64,000 bases of DNA. It comes from Camelus ferus. Its lineage: Eukaryota. Positions 24,021 to 36,880 of the stretch are shown here, one piece after another. The number at the start of each line of letters is the position of its first letter. Position 1 is the first letter of the stretch. The translations under genes were made by a program, and so were the position numbers. Below the pieces are notes generated by a model, which saw only the letters and a program-made list of their open reading frames with translations, made no database searches and was not told where the DNA came from. The stretch spans positions 19,408,001 to 19,472,000 of the forward strand of contig NC_045697.1 of assembly GCF_009834535.1 (NCBI RefSeq), written 5' to 3'.

Positions 24021-26667
24021 TTCTTCATTTCTGCAGATTCTTACATGAAACAACGGGAATTATGTTAACGTCTTTTAATGTTAAACTTATTTTTAATCTG
24101 TACCCACTATTATAGGAGGGTTCTTTAAGTTTGTCTTCTGCTATGTAAACCACATTTTTTTTGTTTGTTTTAAACATTTCTCTATCTATAGTTTTGAGAG
24201 AGGGTATCAAGTGTTTATCTTTTTACACAGTCCTGTTCTGACAACATGAGGGCATTTTGCAGTGACAGTGTGCTTTAATTCAGAAAAATGGATGGCACAG
24301 TGCTTATCCTGCAGGAGGAGATTTATACTTATTTCCTCCTCTCTGTTAACAGGATTTATTCATACGCCCAGAACAACACACGCCAAAGGTTGCATTTTTT
24401 CCTCCCCACCCATCCTCCAAAAGAGCCATTAATATTTAATAAATAATCATTGTTATGACTTGAAATGTTTGCTATAACCAGATCAAACAAGGCAATCAGT
24501 TTTTATTTCTTAAAGCAATAAAAGGTAGTTAGCTTATTGTGTCTCTTTCAGAGAGTTTGGATGGGGGTTTCAGGGTTTCAGCCACAACGATGCCACTTTA
24601 TTATGAATATTAGTGGAATAGACTGAAATTAACATTTGATGACTTCTTCATTGATATCTGACATTATTTTTTCATAGACAGACCCTAATAAAGCAGTCAG
24701 TTAGAGCTATTAGACATATTTTAGGAGAATTTTTTTGATGCATATCTTCACTTAGATTATGAAATTTAAATCATTGCTGCTATCAGTGTGAATACTAATG
24801 ACATAGCCTGCCAGATGGAAACCTTTCATAAATTTTCACTTTTCTCATACAGTCAGTTGTAAATCTTGAGTAAATGACTTCTAGGGTGAACTATGTTGAT
24901 GTCAGCTTTAATGCCTTATGTCCACACTGATTTCAATGTCATAAGTACCTGGAAGGCAGGCAACTCTTAATTAAATGTCATTTTCTTTTTTCATTATTGA
25001 ACTAGAGCAGAGATCAGACTCTCCCAGCACTGTCTATGGCTTCCTGGAGAATTGCTCAGCTCTAGCTTTGTCACAAGTGGGTCTTTTGGAGCTATTTTAA
25101 ATGCTTTGGTGTCATGCAGTTTCTCCTCTCTTAACTAGAACTGTCTCCCTCAATGTGTCTTTCATATAGTAAAACACCGTTTCCTTAGCCCTTTGTTCTT
25201 CATTTTGACAAAACACATTCTGTAGATTCCTGCCACATTTTAACTATTTTTTTCCTTCAGAAATTGATGTTTTAGTTCTCTTCAGGAGTGCTAATCTCCA
25301 TTCAAGAACTGCACTGCATAAAACTTCCCTTTTCCCTATGGGGATATATCAGTATTCAGACCCAATCTTCCAAAGGATTTTTCTTACCAATTACGAGGAG
25401 CCTCTCTTTAACTTGTGGTTACTTATCACTTATATTTCTTGTGGAATTTTTCCCCTTTATTTGCTTTCTCAAACAGAGCCAAACTTTGAGAGGTATTATC
25501 CTTTTTTTTCATTTAAACTAAACAAGAGACAAAACAAAACAAAATTAAATGAAAGATTGTTCAAACGATCTTATCTTTGGAAACCCAAAGGAAAAAGATG
25601 ATAAAAAAAAAAAACTCAACAAAAATACTTAGGTCAGTCAATAAATATTCCCGGTAGAAATATTAGAAATCCTATAGGTAAGACAACTTTGCACAGTTAC
25701 TGAGTTATTTTCTCACTAGTTGTTTATTTAATGATTTGTTTTGCCATTAAACCTATGAATCTGGTGATAAATGTGCTTTCTTTGTTGTTCCAATGTAATA
25801 CATTGAGCTTTCCTTGAAGCTTCATTAAAATTATATCTAAAGCACTGATTATAAGAAAATGATTAATAATACAATAACATGGAGCCACTGCTCTGTGGAG
25901 CTGTTTGGGGTTGTGGGCTTTTTTATCAGCTTCATCATCTGTTTTGTTCTCTGCTTCCATCCATCCAGGGAAGCAAATGCCCGTCATCTTTTTTTTTTTC
26001 TTTTCATCAAGCGACCAGAACCATCCTTCTGTAGAAACAAAGGCACCAACAAAACATTCTAAACCATTAAAATAATTTTCTGACATGGTTTCAATAATTA
26101 GTGTATTTCAGTTTCAACAACTGTAATTAAACTTGACCTTTAAGCTAATTATGTCTTGACATTTATGATTTTAACTGGCTTTCCCTGTGGGGATGATGTG
26201 TGATATTCTGGTTCTAATGAATAGTTTGTAGTATTTACCTGTTGTCAGAGGGTCTCTGTTGTGGCTTGGAGGGGACCACTTCACTCAGCTTCCTGTCACT
26301 GGAGACGTAATAGTGCCACTCTGTAAGAGTATTATCTGTCACAGTATCAGGCTGGTATTGAATTTTTGTAAGAGTGTTTTGATATAATTACAGGAACAGT
26401 AAAATCCTTGCTGGAAATTTTCAAAGAATAGGCCAAAAATTAGCTCAGAGTTTGAGTGCTGATGAAGTGGGCTTTCTTGGGGCAGGTGAGTAGGATGAAG
26501 CTTCCTAACTGCCAACAGAGAAAAGCTGTGTCAGAGAATCAGGGAGGGAGGAGAAACCAAGATGGCGGGCTGGTCTTGCTGGCTCTCCTTAAGCTTGAGC
26601 GGTGGTGGGGTTTTACCGTGTTTTTATCCTCTCCTAGGCTACTTCCAACTCAGTTTCTTCCTTCTTG

Positions 26668-26778
26668 ATAATAATAACAGAGCTCACATTTACCAAGCAC
26701 TTACTAGGTGCCAGGTACTGTGTATAGCACTTTACATATATTTTCTTAATGTTTTAACAGCCCTATGAGGTAGGGGAT
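26668..26778 (-). mobile_element. MIR 3' fragment
   Basis: acatttaccaagcacttactaggtgccaggtactgtg...aacagccctatgaggtagg. Confidence 0.8.
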
Positions 26779-27352
26779 TCTCTGGCATCTAGCGCCGTCC
26801 ATCCATAGTCTTTTGCTTTTCTTCAAGTGTTAAAAGCCAATACTTAGTGAAGTCTTTCTTCAGTTAAATACCAATATTGGGTGAAACCAGATAATATTTC
26901 AAAGTATTAATGTCTATGCTTCTTTTATCCCAACTTTCTCTTGATGATCACCCCCACTTCCCCACCTCACCCTGTTAATCAGAGGTATCCACATTGCTTT
27001 TAGGAACTATAAGAAACAGTCAAGTTTGCTTTTCTGAACTTGAAAGGAAAGTGGGTCCTAAGAAAGCAGGACCATAACCAGAAAACTGGAGAGAGGTTAG
27101 AGTAAGACCTAGAAAGTCAGGCTGCCCCTCTCCCCACCTCACTAAAGGCAGGTGCATGCATGAAAGAGAACAGGGTGGCTGGGTGACCTTAGTGGAGGGG
27201 AAGTGGGAGGAAGATGAGTTAATGGGGGAAGGTGGTGAAGACCAGGTGGAGAAGTGGTACAAAGTAAATAATAGGAAGGGCCAAGCAGAGCACCACGGAG
27301 CGCCCAGGAAACCCAACCATCACAGGCAGACCATTTGCTGCCGATGGAGAGT

Positions 27353-27700
27353 GTGGTCGGCCTTCCATATCCATGGGTTTTGCATCTGCAGATTCAACCA
27401 ACCTCGGATCAAAGATATTCAGGAAAAAAATTCCAGAAAGTTCAAAAAAACAAAAACTTGAATTCACTGTATGCTGGCAACTATTTACATATCATTTACA
27501 TTTTATTTACAATTATTTACATAACATTTACATTGTATTAGGTATTATAAATAATCTGGAGTTGATTTAAAATGTATGGGAGGATGTGAGTCGGGTATAC
27601 GCAAATACTATGCCATTTGATATAAGGGACTTAAGCATCTGCAGATACATTTTGGTGTCCACAGGGTGTCTTAGAACCAATCCCTGACAGATGCTGTGTA
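27353..27700. mobile_element. Tigger3/MER7-type non-autonomous DNA transposon
   Basis: gtcggccttccatatccatgggttttgcatctgcagattcaaccaacc...ggtattataaataatctggag...gcaaatactatgccattt...gaaccaatccc. Confidence 0.85.
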
Positions 27701-30700
27701 GTGTTCATTTTCAGATAGGCAGAGAAGCCATGTTGGTGGGGCTATTAATCTCATTGCCCTTCGTGAGATGGGGACTTTTCATAAACAGTTCCCTGCAGGT
27801 AGCTCATGGATTGTCCAGAAGGAAGACACCTGTTATAAGGCCATCTAACTGCTCTGGGGGGACACTCACCTTTTTCTGTGGCCCAGGGCATACATAAGGG
27901 TTCCAAAGTCTAGCATAGAGGTCATTATGCCCAGAGAAGCAGAGATACTGTGGAAAAAAAGTCCAAGCTTCATGCTTGGATAGGATAAAGATGGGGAGGG
28001 AACCCTCTCCTACTATATGAGTTGAGATTTAAGTTCTCACTGAGTATTTATTTTTAACTGAATAATTTTGGCCAACAACAGCAACAAAAAGCAATTTTTC
28101 TTCAAGACGCAACCGACAGATCTCCTAAACTTACCTTTGATTAGACTATGTGTTTCTTTCTCTTTGCTTAAGATGAAGATGAATCTGCTTTCTGGGCAGC
28201 ACCAAGAAAGCACCAGCGTAAAATGCATGCTTCACCATCACATGGTGTGAAGGAACAGGTTAGACCCATTGTGTCCATGGAGCAGTGAGAGTGGACTCGG
28301 GGAGTAGGATCAATAAGCAAAAGGGGAGCAGGCAGATATGATGTGGTTGAAAAAACAGGATGTAAATTTTGCCAAAGCTACTCTCCAATTTCAGAGTTGT
28401 TTTGTAGTTTTTCTTTAGCATCATGTTCTTGAAGATATGGAGCCTCTGTTTGGACTGTAATTCACCAAGTGTACTCTAGGTTACTAACCAAGTAACTTAG
28501 GTTACTAACTTGCCTGGTAACTAAATTGCTAGAACATTGCATGAAGAGGTCTCACTTTGGGTAGATTTCACATAAGGTCATTTAGCTTCATTTTACTCAT
28601 TTCATCTACATTGGAGGGAACTGATGGAGGGTTGGTGACTCTAGACTACTGGTAGTGAGAGAGGGAGAGGACAATGATTAGAAGACTATTAAAGAGTTTA
28701 AATCAATTGCTATTGGAATTTGAGATCAGCCTCGGGGATTGTCTTAGCCCAGGGGTTGCTGGTGATGTCAAGCATCATTTACTGTTTGCCTACCTCCCTA
28801 GAGTGAGAGCTATGAAGTCAAGGGCGATTGTTAGTTTTGTTTTGTTTTTTCATTTGCAATGCCTGAAGCTAGTTATAAATGCTTCTGGTTGAGTAAGTCC
28901 AGCTTTGGGAAAATATTTGCCCTTTCATGAAATGGTCATCCACATGTGGCCTCTCACTCCACTGTTCTAACCACCATCTCTCTATTTCAGAACCTGAGAG
29001 GAGTCAGCCTTATGAGACTGGAGGCTGTAAAGACTCCCAGAACGTTGACTCCTTGGTGTTTGAGAATCTCCTGTTTCCACCAGCATGTGGACAAGACAGT
29101 GTCAGCCAGCTGATAACTTCCAGGTACACCTACAGTGACAGAGGACCCTGGACCACCCTTGCTGTTGGCTTCCAAAGGAACTAGGTGGATGGACTGGTGG
29201 TTAATTTGTTCTCCTTCTGCGGCAGCCTCTATAGAAATGGGTCTGCTACGCAACAGCACCTCAAAGGAGACAAAGAGACAAATCCAATCAGCACAAATGT
29301 GTTTTTATGAGTCAGATGTCTGACCTGATCCCTGTAGCTCTGACCCCTGGTGGATTTATTATCTGGGTCTTATAGTCCCTTGGTGTCTAGAAGACTATCG
29401 TCTGTAAATGTGTGGTGGATAAGACAGCTAGCCAGATTGCCATTCCTGACATGTTAGTGGCCTGTAACTCTGCCAAGAAGGCTCAGAAAGCCATAAATCT
29501 GATGTGAATTTATAGTGGCAGACTGAGGGGTAGTCAATGACAAGATGTCTCCATTACTTAGTAACAGGGGATCACTAACATATCTAGACCCAGAGCGGGT
29601 CTATCATGAGTTAAACAGCTTCCAGTTTAAATTGCTCTTAACCCAGGCCAGCTCTAAATATTCACCATGTGTTTATTCACCTCTGTGGCTCCAAGTCTTT
29701 CCTGACCCACATCTTTATATTTCTGTGCTTGCAGTTCATTCTTTATCAGTGATGATCTTTCCCGAGCTGTTTGATTTGTCTGTGCAGTGACACATGCTAT
29801 TTGGATAAACTGCTATTTATTTCCTTTCTGGCTTTGCACATGGAGCTTGGTGACACATTTCACAGGAGGTCACCTGTGATGAGGACAAAGGTCAGTGGAA
29901 AGCTGTTCAAACAGAGAGGTTTGGCCTCGAGAAGGAGTCTGTCTGAACCTCACCTCTCGACCTGTCCATTGACTGTGTTTGCTAATTGGGTCTTCAGTGC
30001 AAAGCAAAAAAACAATGTTCAGCATTGCTAACTATTTGTTTAGCCACAACATGAAAATCAATCTACCGATGACCAGAAGGGCATAGCAAACAACATCCCT
30101 ATGGAGTTGAGTGTTTTTGGCCGTGACATTCAACAGATGTGGTCTGAGAGCGCCCACAACCCGTGTGCAGATGTGGTTCACATAATTAATGCGATGCTTG
30201 CTTCTCGCATGAAGATTTTCTTTACGATAGGTAAGGCTGGTGAGAGATGGATAGAAAGCAACCGAGTCTGAGGTTAGTAAAAATAAGTGACCTGCGAAGG
30301 TTGTTTGAATCCAATTGAAATGATGGTGTGCATTCTGATGTCATGCAATGTATTCTTTCCTTTAATCAGTGAGATGGAAAGAATTTTACAGCTGGTGATG
30401 GAAAATAAACGATGCAAACACAATGCAAATGCAAAATAAACAATTTATTTCTCTGAATAAATTGCTCCATTAGACTCTGAGGATATAGCTTGTCTGGCTG
30501 GAGAGAAACAAGGTCAGATGGACCTAGTGGATTTTGGGTCCCTAAGTTTCCCTCGTAGTTCTCCTGCTGTTAGCATCTGAGAGAAATAAAACAATTAATC
30601 TCATCTGAAAATCGCATGGAAAGTAGGAATGTTTTTATCATACAAAAAATGAAAAAATTAAGCCTTTGACTTTTCTCAAGTTAGTGCTGTCAGATCCCAA

Positions 30701-31759
30701 GGAAATTAAAAACGCTTATGTTTGAATTTAAAAATCTGATTAAAGAAATATCTTGGAAATTAGCCCCCTAACACTGGACCTGCTCAGGTAAAATTTATTA
30801 GAAAGATCCTGAGTGGTAGGCATCTCTATTTTTTTCCCCCTATTTAATGTTGAAAGCTCTTTCTCAGATGCTTGATGCTAAACTAAGTACAAAATGGGAA
30901 AATATATTTTAATCAGGGTGAAGTATTTTCAAGATGTGTAACAGTAAATTATCTTGGATCTATCCAGGAAGACATTTTTCTTAATAACAGCCCCTCTTTC
31001 CCCTGCTGTAACTTTTGAAATTTATCCCCTGTCAATCCCATTTCACCTGCTTTCTTTTTAACAAAGGAAGGAAAAAAGAGAGAAAGTAAAGAAGGAATAA
31101 ATCGACTGCAATGTGGCAGATGACTTTCTTTCTGCTTGTAATTGTGTAAAGCAACAATATGATGCAGTAAAACTTGGCAGATTTTATTCGGTTTATTAGC
31201 TCTGACTGCATCTCAAGCTGTCTCACCACTCCAATTTTAGACAACACATGACATCATAATTGCTTCTGGCACTTTACAGTAATAGATACTGGTGAGAGTT
31301 GTATGAGTGCCCCTCCTTCACTTTATGAGTACTTTTTTGGAAAATAGCAACCTCTTATTTGCAGAGCATGCACATTTTGACTAAAGCAGATTTCCACTAT
31401 GTTGCCTGCAAAGAAAGCCTACCCTATTTATGTATGAAGGTAGCTTTCTCCAATCCACCAAATAAATTCTCAGAGTTTCACATCATACCTACCAGCTTAT
31501 TTAGTGCAGTACACCTGTCCAGGGTCCTGAACAACTAGCAACAAACAGCCAAGACGAGGGCAGCAATTAATCTATCCTCAGAAAAATCCAGATTCCTAAA
31601 GTGACAGCTTGGACCACTTTGTAGTAGTACTGAAGTAATATTTAGATTCTCAAAATATATGGAGAGATTTACCTTCCCTCTGAATGGGTGATCTCTGTTA
31701 TGTCCTGGAGATCCAGCTAAGGAAGCAGTGGCAAGGAGATGGCTAAATGAAGTCACCAA

Positions 31760-31764
<5 letters not shown>

Positions 31765-31798
<34 letters not shown>
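31765..31798. repeat. (TA)17 microsatellite at an L1 tail
   Basis: Direct count of 34 nt; abuts the 3' end of the antisense L1. Confidence 0.95.
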
Positions 31799-31802
<4 letters not shown>

Positions 31803-32556
31803 ATATATATATATAAAATATAGTCAGTTTGCAATGTTGCATCAATTTCTGGTGCACAGCGTAATGCTTCAGTCATACATGAACATACATATATTTGTTT
31901 TCATATTCTTTTCCACCATATGTTACAAGATATTGAATATAGTTCCCTGCACTCTACATCATGGACTTGTTGTTTATCTATTCTATATATATATATCAGC
32001 TAGTATCTGCAAATCTCTGACTCATAATTATCCCCTCCCTTATCCCTCCCTGCCTGGTAACCACAAGTATGTTCTGTATGTCTGAGAGTCTGTTTCTGTT
32101 TTGCAAATAAGTTTGTTTGTTTTTTTTTAGATTCCACCTATAAGTGATATAATTTGGTATTTTTATTTCTCTCTCTAACTTATTTCACTTAGAATGACAA
32201 TTTCCAGGTCCATCCATATTGCTGCAAATGGCATTATTTTATTATTTTTATGGCTGCATAATATTCCATTGTATAAATATACCACAACTTCTTTATCCAA
32301 TCATCTATTGATGGACATTTACGTTGTTTCCATGTCTTGACTATTGTAAATAGTGCTACTATGAACATTGGGGTGCATGTATTTTTTGAATTAAGGTTTC
32401 CTTTGGATATCTGCTTAGGAGTGGGATTGCTGGATCATGTGGTAAGCCTATTTTTAGTCTTTTAAGGAATCTCCATAAGGTTTTCCATAATGGCTGCACC
32501 AAACTAAATTCCTACCAACAGTAGGAGGGTTCACTTTTCCCTACACCCTCTCCCAT
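31799..32556 (-). mobile_element. 5'-truncated L1 (3' UTR plus degenerate ORF2 end)
   Basis: tatagtcagtttgcaatgttgcatcaatttctgg...ttagattccacctataagtgatat...ttgctgcaaatggcatt...gatggacatttacgttgtttcc is paralogous to the L1 at 14 kb. Confidence 0.93.
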
Positions 32557-32817
32557 CAATGCAATTTGAGTTTACAATTGATCCACCAAGCACTGGACGA
32601 TAAGGATATCTTCATAAGTACGTGAAGCTGAAGCAGGCTTTGAGTGCCACATGGTATATTAGCATTGTTAAATTGTGTTGCATTCCAAAGAGTGCCTGGC
32701 TGGAATATTTATTATGTTCTTTAACTTTGCTGACTAAACAGAATAGATTTATCCACAAAGGGAAGGAGCTCTCCTTTTAAGAGCCGATGTGTCCAGAAAG
32801 GCTTCATAAAGACATTC

Positions 32818-32975
32818 ATTGTTAGAGCTGGCAGGGTTGGTGAAGATCATTTAAACCCCTCCTTAACACGTTGGTGGGAAGAGCCAGAGATGGTGAGTGA
32901 CTTGTCCCAGGTCACATAGCTATTATGTAGTGGTGCTGAGACCGGTTTTCTAGTCTTCTGATTTCCAGAGAATCA
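32818..32975 (-). mobile_element. MIR fragment
   Basis: agagatggtgagtgacttgtcccaggtcacatagct. Confidence 0.75.
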
Positions 32976-34114
32976 TTATTCTCATTGACACAAACACCCT
33001 CATAGCTGGGGAACAAACTATGAACCTACAAACAATTTCTGCTACCCTGCAAAGTCATGTAGAGATAGTGGCCCTGAGATGCATTATATATTTTCTCTTG
33101 GACACCCCTTAGCACTGGCCTTTGGGAAGAATAGCTCAAGTTCCTCCAGCCCTCCTGCTGCCTGAGCCACAGCTGGAATGCTGCCACCTAGCTTTCTCTC
33201 TGCCTCATAAAAGTGCATTTATGACTTATTTCTTTAAGACCCTCCCTTACTTGTGGCTATAAATGGTGTGGGCATAAGTTGTTATATATTACAATATGAG
33301 GCCAGAGCCAATTGGAAGTAAACTCCCTACTGGGTCTCCAGAACCCTATAAATCTCTTTTATGGTTCTTAACATTTTCCACTTTGAATTATCATCTTATC
33401 CTACTCTTTACTTTATCACAAATGTCCAAGATTGGTATTATTATCTTAATTTTATAGGTGAGAAAGAATTTAAGAGACTTAACCAAGAAAAATAAAAACC
33501 AACTAACTGGTTGACTGATCACTGTTGAAACCAAGATATCTAGTTGCTATCTAGTCTTACTTCCATCCCCACATTATGCCATCTTTCTACAATGCCTTAC
33601 ACATAGACAAGATTAATACACTTGTTTCCTCATTATCTCTGGGTGACATGAATGCAATAATTTTGTTAGATGACTCTCTCCCTCTGGGCTCACCTCTCCT
33701 CTGCTCATTCCTCACAGAGCTCCAACTCTAATTCATGAATCTGATTGTGACACTCTCCACCATCGTGCAGCCCATTTTTCAACGGTCAGAATCTTAAACT
33801 ATTTGGAAGGCATGCTGTACCCTTCATGAACTGGCCACTGCTTGCTTTTATAGAGTTATCTATTGCCAGTCTTTCCTTCTCACTCTGTGCTCTAGCATTA
33901 TTGACCAGTTGTCACTTGTCCCACATGCTCTTTCATACTTTGTCTTTGCAGGTGCTGTTCCCCAGAATGTCCACCTTGTTTGACAAAGTTGTACCTATAT
34001 AAATAACATTGTGAAACATGCAACCAATTCTTCTATTATTAATGTCCACGTCCTTTTCATAGAGTCAAAGTCGCACTTTAAAAGTGGCTTCTAGGTCCTT
34101 TTTGTTTCTCTCTT

Positions 34115-34225
34115 TTATATAAAGTATGTGTATTTATTAACCCTAAACTCCTAATCTATCCCTCCCCACTGCCTTTTCTCCTCTAGTAACCACAGTTTGT
34201 TTTCTATGTCCATAATTCTATTCTG
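34115..34225 (-). mobile_element. Short L1 3' UTR fragment
   Basis: aaactcctaatctatccctccccc...agtaaccacagtttgttttctatgtc, like 55700-55780. Confidence 0.75.
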
Positions 34226-34239
34226 GACTTTCACTTTAG

Positions 34240-34552
34240 GCCAGTGAGATACCATACATGCTTACTAGAATGGTTAAATTTAAAAAGACTGACTATATGA
34301 AGTGTTGGTGAAGATACAGAGAAAATGGAACTGTCATACGTTGCTGGTGGGAAAGCAAAGTGGTATATTTCCTTTTATATTTTCTTTAAAGGTTAAGCAT
34401 ATATCTACCATTTGACCCAGCCCTTACCTTCCTTGGTATTTACCAAAGAGAAACAAAAGCATATGTCCATTTAAAGACTTGTACACCAAAGTTCATAACA
34501 GCTTTATTTGTTATAGCTCCAAATTGAGAACAACCCAAATGTTCATCAATGA
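34240..34552 (+). mobile_element. Old L1M (L1MC-ME type) ORF2 3' fragment
   Basis: tgagataccatac...tagaatggttaaatttaaaaagactgac...tgttggtgaagat...ttgctggtggga...ccatttgacccagc...aacaacccaaatgttcatcaa. Confidence 0.85.
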
Positions 34553-35425
34553 CTTGGATTCTTGCTATTTCCCTGTTTTCTGAGCTGTTTTATGGATGTG
34601 CCTATGACCCAACTTCAACTATGTGAATAAGGTCAATGATCAAAAAGATGGCAGAACCAAAAGACAGAAAGAGTCTGGGTCTCCAAATGATGAAGATCAA
34701 CTGCTCATTTCAGGAATCTTATGTCAGGAAGCCAAATGCTTTCACTTTGTTCAAACCACAATGTTTCTGGGTCTTTTTGTTACAAGAGCTTAGTCTTTAC
34801 TCCTAAGTCATCCTGAGAAATATAAGAAAATAGAGTGATTTCAGGGGAGAGAGATTTTTTCCTGATGCAGAGATCAGGGCATGCCCCATGGTGAAGGCAA
34901 CATTTAGGTTCAACAATTTTTAGTGGGTTAAGAAAAGGGAACTTCAATGGAGGGCTGAGTTAAGCAAAAGTATAAGACTAGCAAAGCATCAATTAACCAT
35001 AGAGTTGCATGCTCACGTAGAGCTCGAGACATGTGTCCTCTTCTCCTTCCCACCATATAAGATGTAGAGTTCTCTAATTTTAGAAGTGTCTTTTTTTTTT
35101 TTTTTAGGTCTAGTCTAAAGATGTTTAATAACCTCTAGGATTGGCAATATAGTTAAATTATTTTTAGACTTTTTGGTGAAATTTGCCATTATAATTAATC
35201 TTCCTGATGGTACTACTCATAATCTGTGAACTATCATTGCAGTGAAATGAGGATAATTGAGATAATTGGCTGTATGACTCAGCTTCAAGTTTCCGGATGG
35301 CCTGGATAATCTGGGTTGTTTAGATTTGGTGCATTAATCCTCCGAACATCTCTCCATCATCTACTCCTAGCCATTTTTGTGGGTCAACGAGTACACTTCA
35401 CAGTTGCCTTTAAAGAGATTTTCTT

Positions 35426-36281
35426 TGTTACAGGCTGAATTGTATTCCCTACCCAAATTCATATGTTGAAGTCCTAAACCCCAGTACCTCAGAGGATGAC
35501 TGTATTTGAAGACTGGGTGTTTAAGGAGTGGATTAAGTTAAAATGAGATCATCAGGTGGTCCCTAATCCAGTTTGACTGTTGTCCTTATAAGAAGAGGAA
35601 ATTTGGATGCAGAAAGAGACACTAGGGCTGCATATGCACAGGAGAAAAACCATGTGAGAACAGAAAGAACGAATCTGAATATTAGGTCTGTTTCTTTTAC
35701 TTTAACCTTTGTATTCTATTGCTTGTTAGTCACTAAGGAGATGATGCCTCTAAGCTTAAATTATGCATAATGACCCATCTCTAGGAACCTTGCCTCCCAG
35801 GTAATGAGCATTAATCTGAAATACCTTTGTTTAGTCACAGGAATCATCCTGACCAGACCCACTTATGAATGGCTGCAGGAGGGAAGAAATGAACATCTAC
35901 CATCTGAAGTCTGGCCAGAACCAGGACTTTACCCCTTCCCCTTTTAATATAAAAATGAGCCTGAATTCAAACTCGGAGAAGATGGTTTTCTAGGACACTA
36001 GTCCACCACTTCTCAGTCTGCTGGCTTTCTGAATAAAGTCACTATTCTTTGCCCCAACAAGTCATCCCTTGATTTATTGGCCTGTCGTGCAGTGAGCTTG
36101 GGCTCAGTAACAGATGGAGGCCATCTGGAAGCCAAGGAGGGAGGCCTCAGCTGAAACCAAACCTTCTGACTCTTTGATTTTGCACTTCCTAGGCTCAAAA
36201 ACTGTGAGAGAAAAAATTTCTGACGTTTAAGCCATCCAGTGTGTGGTATTTTGTTATGGCAGCCTGAGTAAGCCAGGATAC
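35426..36281 (+). mobile_element. MaLR solo LTR, MLT1A/B-like, split by a nested ERV1 LTR
   Basis: 5' part tgttacaggctgaattgt...aaattcatatgttgaagtcctaaaccccagtacctcag; 3' part gccatct...aactgtgagaga...gtttaagccatccagtgtgtggtattttgttatggcagcc. Confidence 0.88.
35670..36112 (+). mobile_element. ERV1-class solo LTR nested in MLT1
   Basis: Interrupts MLT1 homology. TATA aatataaaaa ~35946, AATAAA ~36032, ends ctcagtaaca. Confidence 0.8.
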
Positions 36282-36669
36282 CATCCTCTTACCCTCTTTT
36301 CCAGACATGAACCTTGAGGTTCTCTTACCTTAGAGCTCGCTACCACGACAGTTTGCTCTGTTGTTTAGAAGGTGCTTGTTCTACATAAGCTCTCAGTCTA
36401 CTTTAGGTAACTGTAAGGTGGACTTCAGACTGATATCCTCATCTTAACTTTATAGCTGAGGGAAACTGAAGTCCAGGAAAGGTGTTGGCTTATTTGCTTG
36501 GAGTTTTACCAATAGATAATTATGGATCCAGGAATCAAGCCCAGGTCTCTTGATTCTAACTCTGGTACTTTAAGAGATCAGTCCTCCTCTCCTGATCATA
36601 ATTTGTTCCTATGAGGCTTTGCTGGCAATGTCTCCAGTGCAATATGGAGAGGTGTGTGTTGGTTTTTGA

Positions 36670-36880
36670 GCCGTATTGCAAGGGATTAAATCCTGGTGTG
36701 TCATGTCCTAGCTATGTGGCCTTAGGTAAGTTAGGTAGAAGTTAGTTAACCACTTTGTGCCTCAGTTTCCTTACTTATGAAATGGAGGAGAAGAATGATG
36801 CCAACCTCAGAATATTTGGGGAAGATTCGCTGATACAATATATGTAACATACTTACCATGTGTCAGCTCCAATCATCATT
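36670..36880 (+). mobile_element. MIR
   Basis: ctagctatgtggccttaggtaagtt...ttaaccactttgtgcctcagtttccttacttatgaaatgg. Confidence 0.8.

Noticed and set aside
25724..26086. 120-aa minus-strand ORF in a repeat-free block
   Set aside because: No recognisable domain, a poly-K derived from a T-run, and no splice support.
31750..32570. TSD for the 31.8-32.5 kb L1 (ccaaaacaat versus tcaatgcaat)
   Set aside because: Only 7/10 identity in AT-rich sequence; not convincing.
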